Source of the DNA: an uncultured Bifidobacterium sp.
GTDB lineage: Bacteria > Actinomycetota > Acidimicrobiia > Acidimicrobiales > Ilumatobacteraceae
Length of the DNA: 45,334 nucleotides
Direction: 5' to 3'
Assembly (NCBI GenBank): GCA_964595105.1
Contig: CAZQPJ010000001.1
Coordinates: 1-45,334, forward strand
Positions 16,181 to 23,516 of this stretch are shown piece by piece (position 1 is the stretch's first letter; each line of letters opens with the position of its first letter). The position numbers and the translations under genes are program-made. The notes beneath the pieces were generated by a model, which was given only the letters and a program-made list of their open reading frames with translations, made no database searches and was not told the origin of the DNA.

Positions 16181-16807
16181 GTGATCATACGAACGCCAAC
16201 CGACACTTTTCGGCGAACACTCGATGTCGCCGTGGCGGTCGGCGCGCTGGTCATCGGTTCGCCGATCATCGCCGGGGTCGCGTTACTGGTTCGGCTGCGA
16301 ATGGGCAGCCCCGTACTGTTCCGTCAGGAGCGGCTCGGGCTCGGTGGCCGCCCCTTCCGCCTCGTGAAGTTCCGAACGATGCTCCAGCCTGCGCCAGGCC
16401 GCGAGAGTCCGGAGTTCGACGCAGAGCGACTCACTGCCTTCGGACGCTTCCTGCGCTCCACCAGTCTCGACGAACTGCCGGAGTTGGTGAACCTGCTCCG
16501 TGGCGACATCACCCTCGTGGGACCACGGCCATTACCCGTCGCCTACTTCCACCGCTATCGCGGCGACGAGTTCGAGCGTTTCGAGGTGAAACCGGGCATC
16601 ACCGGCCTCGCCCAAGTGAGCGGTCGCAACACTCTCGACTGGGACGAGCGACTTGCACTCGACGTGCAGTACGTGCGCAATCGGACCATTCGGGGCGACC
16701 TAGTCATTCTCGCCCGCACCGTCGCAGTGGTGCTACGACGCGACGGTATCGACCAGACTGGAGGGGTCACCATGCACCCCCTTCCCGCCGATCGTCCCCA
16801 TGCCTGA
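16181..16807 (+). CDS. small monotopic phosphoglycosyl transferase (bacterial sugar transferase, PglC/WbaP-C-terminal type)
   Basis: 208 aa, GTG start. Re-entrant helix LDVAVAVGALVIGSPIIAGVALLV. PVLFRQERLGLGGRPFRLVKFRTM, SLDELPELVNLLRGDITLVGPRP and KPGITGLAQVSGRN closely follow the PglC-type pattern. Confidence 0.9.
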   Translation: MIIRTPTDTFRRTLDVAVAVGALVIGSPIIAGVALLVRLRMGSPVLFRQERLGLGGRPFRLVKFRTMLQPAPGRESPEFDAERLTAFGRFLRSTSLDELPELVNLLRGDITLVGPRPLPVAYFHRYRGDEFERFEVKPGITGLAQVSGRNTLDWDERLALDVQYVRNRTIRGDLVILARTVAVVLRRDGIDQTGGVTMHPLPADRPHA

Positions 16808-17171
16808 CGCGCCTCGCATCATCAGCATTCGCGAACCCCTGCCCGCCACCTTGCCCGTGCGGCGCAGCGACCTCGAGGTCGCAGAGTTCGACACCGAACT
16901 CGTCGTGTGGGATCCGGTCGCACGGATGGTGCATCACCTCCACGGCGTTGCGGCCATCCTGTTCGATGCGTGCGACGGCCTCACACCATCGAGCCAGCTC
17001 ATCGGTGAGATCCAGGAGGCAACCGGGCTGAGCCGCGCCGTCGTCGATGAGGAACTGACCACGGTGTGGCAGATGTTCAACCGTCGCTCGTTGTTCGCGC
17101 TGCCACCCGGCGTCACCGAGGAGGCGAAGCCAGCACCGCAGGCCCGTCAGCGACGCCGCAGGAGGGCATAA
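16800..17171 (+). CDS. PqqD-family (RRE-like) small protein
   Basis: 123 aa. The ATG overlaps the transferase stop by 8 nt. LEVAEFDTELVVWDPVARMVHHLHGVAAILFDACDGLTPSSQLIGEIQEATGLSRAVVDEELTTVWQMF matches the PqqD beta-strand + winged-helix pattern (E.DGE.vv.d...g..h.LN..a..iw..cDG..t..ei). Arg-rich tail. Confidence 0.65.
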   Translation: MPDAPRIISIREPLPATLPVRRSDLEVAEFDTELVVWDPVARMVHHLHGVAAILFDACDGLTPSSQLIGEIQEATGLSRAVVDEELTTVWQMFNRRSLFALPPGVTEEAKPAPQARQRRRRRA

Positions 17172-18328
17172 GCGGCCATCGTGCGGTCGATGATGGCGCG
17201 GTCGCCGAACTCGGCGGCAGCTCGTGCGGCGGCCGCAGCACCCATCGACGCGCGTAGGCCGACGTCGCCCACCAGTTGCCCGCACGCCTCGGCCAACGCC
17301 GACGCATTGCGAACCGGCACGGCAAGGCCAGTGGTGCCGGGCACCACCACCTGTCGGTTGCCACGAATGTCGGTGGCCACTGCGGGCAGCCCCATGGCCG
17401 CAGCCTCCATCGCCGCCCGCGGAAATCCTTCGCGCCAACTCGCGGTGACGAACAGGTCGAACGCCGCATAACACTCAGGCATGTCGTCGCGCCGTCCGGT
17501 GAACACCACGCCGCTGGCGGCCGCGTTCGACATCAGGTCGGGGGGCAGCGCATCGGCCTTGTCGGTGTCGGTGGGGCCCACCACCACGAGCCGGGCAGGT
17601 ACTCCCCGCGTGTGCAGCAGCGCTGCAGCATCGACGAGCTCGACGATGCCCTTCTCCACCACGAGGCGGCCAACGGTGCCGCACACCACCTCGCCGTCGG
17701 CGATGCCCCATTCGCCACGCAGTCGGGCGCGGGCACCTGGGTCAATTGCGGCCCGATCGAAGCGATGGAGGTCGATGCCGTTTCCCAATAGGCGCACCTT
17801 CCGCGCCGGAACTCTCAGCGTGCGGACCAATGTCTGCACGTCCTCCTCGTTCTGCACCAACTCCACATGACCGAACGCCGCCGCAACACGCTCGACCGCG
17901 TACACCGGCCAGCGGCGCTGCCACCGGTCGCCGGGTTGGGCATAGAGACCATGCTGGGTGTTCACCACCAACGGCACTCGAGCGAGACGCCCGGCGATGC
18001 GGCCGAGCACACCGGGTTTGGGATTGTGCGTGTGGAGGATGTGCGGACGCACCTGCCGTAGCAGGCGCACCAACTGAACGAAGGCGCGGAGGTCGTCGAG
18101 CGGCTTCGTGGAGCGCGTGAACGCCGGCACCGGCACGTGCCGCACACCCATCGCCTCGAGGGTCGCGACGTGAGGCCCGGGCGCCGACATTCCGATCACC
18201 TCGTAGCCCGCTTCGGCGTACGCCCGCAGTTGCGGCCCCAGCAACCAGTCGAGGCTCATGTCGGTGGTGGTGAGGTGCACCAGGCGGATCCGGTCGCCCT
18301 GCGGTGGTGGAAGACCCGGGGCCTTCAT
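17147..18328 (-). CDS. GT4-family glycosyltransferase
   Basis: Track ORF trimmed to ATG 18328 (ATGA overlap with upstream stop). GT-B pattern with the C-terminal EGFPRAAMEAAAMGLPAVATDIRGNRQVVVPGTTG (E-x7-E region). Confidence 0.9.
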   Translation of the reverse strand: MKAPGLPPPQGDRIRLVHLTTTDMSLDWLLGPQLRAYAEAGYEVIGMSAPGPHVATLEAMGVRHVPVPAFTRSTKPLDDLRAFVQLVRLLRQVRPHILHTHNPKPGVLGRIAGRLARVPLVVNTQHGLYAQPGDRWQRRWPVYAVERVAAAFGHVELVQNEEDVQTLVRTLRVPARKVRLLGNGIDLHRFDRAAIDPGARARLRGEWGIADGEVVCGTVGRLVVEKGIVELVDAAALLHTRGVPARLVVVGPTDTDKADALPPDLMSNAAASGVVFTGRRDDMPECYAAFDLFVTASWREGFPRAAMEAAAMGLPAVATDIRGNRQVVVPGTTGLAVPVRNASALAEACGQLVGDVGLRASMGAAAAARAAAEFGDRAIIDRTMAAYALLRRR

Positions 18329-19125
18329 CGGGTGGAACCGCGGTACTTGACGATGCCTGCCGCGCTCCGCAGCCGACCTTCGAGACGGAGCCCACCGGCC
18401 GCCTTCGCGGCGAAATGAGTGAAGCCGTCGCTGCGCTGCACTGGCGTTCGCCACAGGCGGTGGACGTCGGTGCGACCCGGACGGTTGACGCGATTACCAG
18501 CGAGCGCTGCCGACACGAAGCGCCGGCGAACCGCCACCTCGGCGGCGGGAGAACCGGGCAGTGCCTTCGGGTAGGCGAAGTGAGCGGGCATGGCGCCGGT
18601 GTGTTCGGCGAGCAACTCGATCGAGCGGTCGAGGTCGTCGGCGATCGTGTCGGCATCGGCCCGGTCGAGCAGCCAGTGGCCGTGTGTGTGCGACCCGAGC
18701 GTGACGAGGCCGGTCGACACCGCATCGCGCAAGCCCGACCACGACGCTGGTGGGGCTCCCCACGGGAACTCCACCTGTTCATCGATGAATCGCGTGGCGA
18801 CGTAGAGCGTGGCCGGCAGGTGATGCCGTTCGAGCAGTGGCACCACCACGTCGGGGAAGTCGGCCGTGCCGTCATCGAAGGTCAGCACGATGGCGGGTGT
18901 GGGGTCACCGGACGAGAGTTGTGTGAGAGCGTCGGCCAACGACGTCACCCTGTGATGTTCTGCGAGATGTCCGAGTTGCCGGTCGAACTCCGCAGCGTCG
19001 AGATCGACTTCGGATCCCGAGCCGCCTCCAACGCGGTGGTAGATGAGCACGGTCACACCGGCCGGCGGCGGTATCACCCGATCAACGGCGGCGGCAACGC
19101 GTTTCACGAACCCCTTCGCATTCAT
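18325..19125 (-). CDS. polysaccharide deacetylase (NodB homology domain)
   Basis: VLIYHRV, LTFDDGTADF and LGSHTHGH motifs. ATGA overlaps at both ends (19122-19125, 18325-18328). Confidence 0.85.
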   Translation of the reverse strand: MNAKGFVKRVAAAVDRVIPPPAGVTVLIYHRVGGGSGSEVDLDAAEFDRQLGHLAEHHRVTSLADALTQLSSGDPTPAIVLTFDDGTADFPDVVVPLLERHHLPATLYVATRFIDEQVEFPWGAPPASWSGLRDAVSTGLVTLGSHTHGHWLLDRADADTIADDLDRSIELLAEHTGAMPAHFAYPKALPGSPAAEVAVRRRFVSAALAGNRVNRPGRTDVHRLWRTPVQRSDGFTHFAAKAAGGLRLEGRLRSAAGIVKYRGSTR

Positions 19126-20195
19126 CGTCCGACAACCCGGCGATAGAGCTGAACGTGATCGGCCACCACATCGGCGATGGTACGGCCCGGGCCACGCCCG
19201 AGCGCTGCAGCGCGCATCGAGCGCCGCAATACGGGGTCGAGCGCGAGTTCGGCGATTGCCTCTCCGAGCGCCGACGGGTCGGAGGGCGGCACCACCCTTC
19301 CCACATCACGCCCGACCAACTCGGGCACCCGACCCACGGCCGTGGCCACCACCGGCACCCCCAGCGCCAGCGCCTCACCGACCACCAACGGCTGGCCCTC
19401 GTAGTCGCTCGACACCACGAGAAAATCGGCTTCGGCGATGAGCGGCAGGACATCACGCTCGGGTGGACGCCACTCGGTGACCGCACCAAGACCGAGCCCA
19501 TCGGCCATGCGGCGATGTGTGGCCAACAGCGGACCCTCTCCCACTGCCAGCAGTGAGACACCAGCCCCCCGGCCACGTGCATACGACACGGCTCTCAGCA
19601 GGTTCGGGTAGTTCTTCGCATCGCGATGACTGGCCACCACGATGGCCCGCACGCCGACTCGTTCATCCGACGACTCGGCACGACGAGCGGCCGCCACAGC
19701 GACCGCATCGATGCCGTGCGGCACCACGATGACACGACGAGCGAACTGCCGCGGCAACGAGGCCTGCACAGCGGCCGAGACGGCCACGCTGGCGACCTCG
19801 CGACGAGACGTGGCGCGCAGCAGCAGTCGCGTGCCGGCGCGCAACGCGGACCACGGCGTGTGCGATGTGCCGATGGAGCGCCGCGACCGCGCCAGGCGCA
19901 CCATCACGCTCGGCAACGGTCCATGGGCGTGCACCACGTCGAACCTCGGTTGTCGAGCCAGCAGAGCGAGTCGGCGCGCCGCTGCCCAGCCCACACGGTC
20001 GGTGCCGCCCAGTCGGTGCACCACCACGCCGACATCCTCGAGAAACTGCATCATGGCGTCGCGGCGATCGTTCACCACCGCCACCTCGACAGGCACCCCG
20101 GCAGCGGCGAGGCCCACGGCGAGGTCGACCACGATGCGTTCGATACCACCCACGTCGAGCCCTTTGGCCACCAGCAGTACGCGGGGTTCGCTCAT
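19122..20195 (-). CDS. GT4-family glycosyltransferase
   Basis: Track ORF trimmed to ATG 20195 (ATGA overlap). VLLVAKGLDVGGIERIVVDLA N-terminus. YEGQPLVVGEALALGVPVVATAVGRVPELV E-x7-E region. Confidence 0.85.
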   Translation of the reverse strand: MSEPRVLLVAKGLDVGGIERIVVDLAVGLAAAGVPVEVAVVNDRRDAMMQFLEDVGVVVHRLGGTDRVGWAAARRLALLARQPRFDVVHAHGPLPSVMVRLARSRRSIGTSHTPWSALRAGTRLLLRATSRREVASVAVSAAVQASLPRQFARRVIVVPHGIDAVAVAAARRAESSDERVGVRAIVVASHRDAKNYPNLLRAVSYARGRGAGVSLLAVGEGPLLATHRRMADGLGLGAVTEWRPPERDVLPLIAEADFLVVSSDYEGQPLVVGEALALGVPVVATAVGRVPELVGRDVGRVVPPSDPSALGEAIAELALDPVLRRSMRAAALGRGPGRTIADVVADHVQLYRRVVGR

Positions 20196-21313
20196 CGCCG
20201 CAGTCTCGCGAATCGAAGGCCACGCCGGAGTTGCCGGCCGATGGTGAGTCCGCGGCCCTGTCGCACCCCTCGTGGTGGAAGGGCGACTCCCCCGACGAAG
20301 CGAATGCCGTCGAGGAACGACAACGCCATCAGTTGACTGCGCGCGTCGGCAATCCATCCGACACCCTTGCCGCTGTCGGCGTACCGAAGTGCGAGGAGGG
20401 CGCGCCCGGACGGCGACACCGTCGCGGCCCAGATCGCCATCGGGTGTTCCCGCGGCACCACACCTGCACCAACCGCTTCCGTGACCGCCAGGGCGAGCAC
20501 CGACTCTCCATCGCCAGAACGGGCGAGTTCGAGCGATCGCCGCCAGTCGATTCCGGTGACGAGCAGTTGCTGGGCGAGGTCGCGCAGGTAGCGGTGCGTG
20601 GAACCTCGGCTGAGGACAGCCGCGTAGCAGGACAACAGGAGGCGGGCAGGCCCCCCGAGTGAGGCACACACGACACCGCCAAGAGTGAACCGGTCGGCGT
20701 CGCGCACCAGCATCTCGTGGTCGAGTGCCGCCCCGAAGTAACCCGGGGCGATCGACACATGGAGGTCGACTTCAACGTCGTGCTGCGAGCGCAGCATCAC
20801 GGCCCGGGCGAAGCGACCTTCCCATCCTCGGCGCGGCGGTGGCTCGGTCCGACGGAAACCAGCCGCGCCAAGCGCCTCGACCGCGGCATGCAACTGCGGC
20901 CGGGCCACCAACACGTCGACGTCCCCGGTCGAACGCCACGCAGGGTCGGGATAGTCGATCTGGGCCACTGGCACACCCTTGATGAGCCACGCATCCACAC
21001 CTGCGGCGCTCAACACCTCGATCACGCGAACCGCCGTGGCCTCGCACACGAGCGAGGTCCGCATCTGCCCGATGAGCAGACCCACGCCTCGAGCATCGAA
21101 CCGGCGGTCGACATCGATGGATTGCAGGAGATCGACGAACACACCCGCGAGTTGCTGGCCAGCTGCCCACTGGGCCACGTGCTGCACCGTCGGAACGGTG
21201 AGCTCATCGAGTGCGAGCGTCGCCGTGGGGCCCACATCGGGAAGGCCGTGCACGAGTACCGCATGCTGCAGCCGGTTGAGCGCCGACTCGTCGGCGGGTG
21301 CGGCATCGCTCAT
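20192..21313 (-). CDS. PF14907-type (NTP_transf_5) uncharacterised nucleotidyltransferase family protein
   Basis: 373 aa. WLIKGVPVAQIDYPDPAWRSTGDVDVLV followed by HDVEVDLHVSI matches the family pattern (KG...y......R...DiDlLv ... vElH). ATGA overlaps at both ends. Confidence 0.7.
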   Translation of the reverse strand: MSDAAPADESALNRLQHAVLVHGLPDVGPTATLALDELTVPTVQHVAQWAAGQQLAGVFVDLLQSIDVDRRFDARGVGLLIGQMRTSLVCEATAVRVIEVLSAAGVDAWLIKGVPVAQIDYPDPAWRSTGDVDVLVARPQLHAAVEALGAAGFRRTEPPPRRGWEGRFARAVMLRSQHDVEVDLHVSIAPGYFGAALDHEMLVRDADRFTLGGVVCASLGGPARLLLSCYAAVLSRGSTHRYLRDLAQQLLVTGIDWRRSLELARSGDGESVLALAVTEAVGAGVVPREHPMAIWAATVSPSGRALLALRYADSGKGVGWIADARSQLMALSFLDGIRFVGGVALPPRGVRQGRGLTIGRQLRRGLRFARLRR

Positions 21314-22146
21314 TGATCAGGCACCACCGCCGAGGGCACGGCGGCGCTGACCAAACGATCGAGTGAGGCCACCATCAGACCGAGATCCGTCCGCGGCATC
21401 TGCACGGCGGGCACGGCACGCACCAGTCGCTCGAGCCTCCGGAACACCTCCCGCTCGACGCCGGCGGCGCCATGCACATTGCTGAGCAGTGTGGTGAGGG
21501 CAGCAGCCGGTGACATCGCCTCGACGACACCATCCGCTGTGGGCGGCGTGAGGAAGACGAGCACCGTCACACGTGTGCGATCAGCCAACCGACCGAGCGC
21601 GCTGCCCCGCCATGGCTCCACCACATCGAACAGCTCGTCGTCTCGCCGAGCGAGACGGAGGTGAAGGAGCCCACCACGCCGCAGCCCGAGTGGCCGATGG
21701 AATGCGTGGGCAACGTGGTGATCGTCCACGAGTCCGAGTTCGTCGGAGACATACCCCCACCCGGAACGCACAGCACCAGCCGCCAATGTCGTCTTGCCGA
21801 AGCCGCTGTAGCCGATGATGGCGCACCCGACGCCGTCACGATCGACGACAGCGGCGTGGATGGCGGCATGTTGCCGCGACCAGTGCTCAGCCACCGTCTC
21901 GTTCACCATTGCGAGCGCCGCGTGGAGCGCCTTCGAGGAGTCGAGGGCGGTTCCCGCTGGTATCCCACCCCGGTGGAGGTCGAAGGTGCCATCGACGGCG
22001 GTCGTGATGGTGAGGGCCGGAGCAGTCGACGACACGGCTGGCACACGAAGGTCGGCGAGTGCCTCGATGAGCACTGAAGCGAGCGGCTCCGCTGCCGAGA
22101 GAGTGAAGCCGCACTCGCCTGCGGCGAACGCTGCCGTTGCGGTCAC
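21310..22146 (-). CDS. HPr-kinase-related P-loop kinase (HprK C-terminal-domain homologue)
   Basis: Start set at GTG 22146 (GTGA overlap with the Wzy-like stop), giving 278 aa. P-loop AIIGYSGFGKTTLAAGAVRSGWGYVSDELGLVD (nt 21787-21813 encode GYSGFGKTT) parallels HprK G.SG.GKS..AL.L...GH.L.aDD. Confidence 0.75.
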   Translation of the reverse strand: MTATAAFAAGECGFTLSAAEPLASVLIEALADLRVPAVSSTAPALTITTAVDGTFDLHRGGIPAGTALDSSKALHAALAMVNETVAEHWSRQHAAIHAAVVDRDGVGCAIIGYSGFGKTTLAAGAVRSGWGYVSDELGLVDDHHVAHAFHRPLGLRRGGLLHLRLARRDDELFDVVEPWRGSALGRLADRTRVTVLVFLTPPTADGVVEAMSPAAALTTLLSNVHGAAGVEREVFRRLERLVRAVPAVQMPRTDLGLMVASLDRLVSAAVPSAVVPDQ

Positions 22147-23513
22147 ACTGTCACCTTGGGTCGGGCGCGGCCCTGCGGCAACGGGGGCCGGTAGGGCGCC
22201 GTCGGCTTCCACGGCGGCACCGACACCAGCAACACCATGAACGGCATGGCGAGCGACCGCTGCCGGGTGAGCAGCCCGAGATTGCGGAACGTGCTGAAGG
22301 CGAGTCCGAACATCACCAGCACCGACAACGCGAACCAGAGATAGGGACTCCTGCGCATCATCACCACCACGTTCACCACGCGCCGCCACCCGATCGCTGC
22401 CAGCACGGCGAGGGCGAACATCTCGAGGCCGGGAAGGAGTTCGGTGAACGTGGCGACCTCGGTGATGAAGGGCCGTGTGAGCGTTCGCAGCACAGCGCCG
22501 GGCCAATCGAGCGGACCACTGATCACCACCGGCGAGAAGGTAGAGCCTCCCGTGTCGGTTCGGTTCTCCGTCGACTGGAAGATGGCGTCGATCCGATCGA
22601 CGAGTGGGGCAGCGTCGGCAGCGTCGCCGCGAGGGCTCAGGAATCGGAGTGCGGAACTGGCTGCCAGCCCGAACGTGATGGCGACGACGGCCACCAACAC
22701 GAAACTGCCGAGGCGGCTCTCATTCGCGCCGGGTGAACGCCGCACCAGCACCGATGCAACTAGGCCGATCACGAGGCCACCAGTCCACATGGCCGACAGG
22801 TGTGGCCGGACAAGCGCGGCCAAGAAGACCCCGATGACGGTGATCGGGATGGTCCACCCACGCCACCTTCCGTGCAGCAGGCCTGCGCCGCCGTAGGTGA
22901 GGAGCCCGAGGAACAGCATCATCAACGCTTCCTTGCCAATGCTCGACGGCCAGAACATCAGCGAGGGAGCGAAGAAGACGAGCAGCGCGTACCGACGCCT
23001 GCTGAGGCCGGGCACCGCGCGTATGCCGGCCAACACGAACAGCGTCGCGCCGATGAATCCAAGCCACGAGTAGACGAAGAACCCACCGAGGCGGCTGCTG
23101 CCGAAGATGGTGTACACGCTCGCGGTGAAGCGTTCGACGAAGTGGGTGCTGTTGCCCGACGGGATGATGTTCGACAGCGAGGCTGCCCCACTGCGGATGT
23201 CGCCCGCCAACTGGCGACCGAAGGCGTCGTAGCGGGCCGCATCGGCACTGCCGGCGTATGCATCGAAGGCCACCCAGTAGCGGAAGATCGATCCGCCGAA
23301 CTTGGCGAACAGTCCCGCCACCGCAATCGGGAAGAGCCGACTCAGGTCACCTCTGAACACGCGGCGCAGGATCGGCACCGTGACGGCCACGAGGATCGGA
23401 GCGATCACGAAACCTCCCCACACCTCGTAGGAGAGACTCGACATCGCCCATCCGGTGACCACCACGTACAACAGTGCGCCGAGCACCGCGACGCCTTCGT
23501 ACCTCGGACGCAT
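22143..23513 (-). CDS. polytopic membrane protein, Wzy-like polymerase / O-antigen-ligase-like (family not resolved)
   Basis: 456 aa, roughly 10 or more hydrophobic spans with one large soluble loop (SPRGDAADAAPLVDRIDAIFQSTENRTDTGGSTFSP...). It lies directly after the Wzz/BY-kinase gene (3-nt gap). Call rests on topology and context only. Confidence 0.5.
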   Translation of the reverse strand: MRPRYEGVAVLGALLYVVVTGWAMSSLSYEVWGGFVIAPILVAVTVPILRRVFRGDLSRLFPIAVAGLFAKFGGSIFRYWVAFDAYAGSADAARYDAFGRQLAGDIRSGAASLSNIIPSGNSTHFVERFTASVYTIFGSSRLGGFFVYSWLGFIGATLFVLAGIRAVPGLSRRRYALLVFFAPSLMFWPSSIGKEALMMLFLGLLTYGGAGLLHGRWRGWTIPITVIGVFLAALVRPHLSAMWTGGLVIGLVASVLVRRSPGANESRLGSFVLVAVVAITFGLAASSALRFLSPRGDAADAAPLVDRIDAIFQSTENRTDTGGSTFSPVVISGPLDWPGAVLRTLTRPFITEVATFTELLPGLEMFALAVLAAIGWRRVVNVVVMMRRSPYLWFALSVLVMFGLAFSTFRNLGLLTRQRSLAMPFMVLLVSVPPWKPTAPYRPPLPQGRARPKVTV

Positions 23514-23516
23514 GGG

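Noticed and set aside
16800-22146. Lasso-peptide (or other RiPP) biosynthetic gene cluster, suggested by PqqD + HprK-like kinase + PF14907 nucleotidyltransferase + a nearby ABC exporter
   Set aside because: The window contains no asparagine-synthetase-like lasso cyclase, no transglutaminase-like leader protease, no radical-SAM or YcaO enzyme, and no convincing short precursor ORF next to either PqqD-like gene. The genes are instead translationally fused into glycan-assembly operons.
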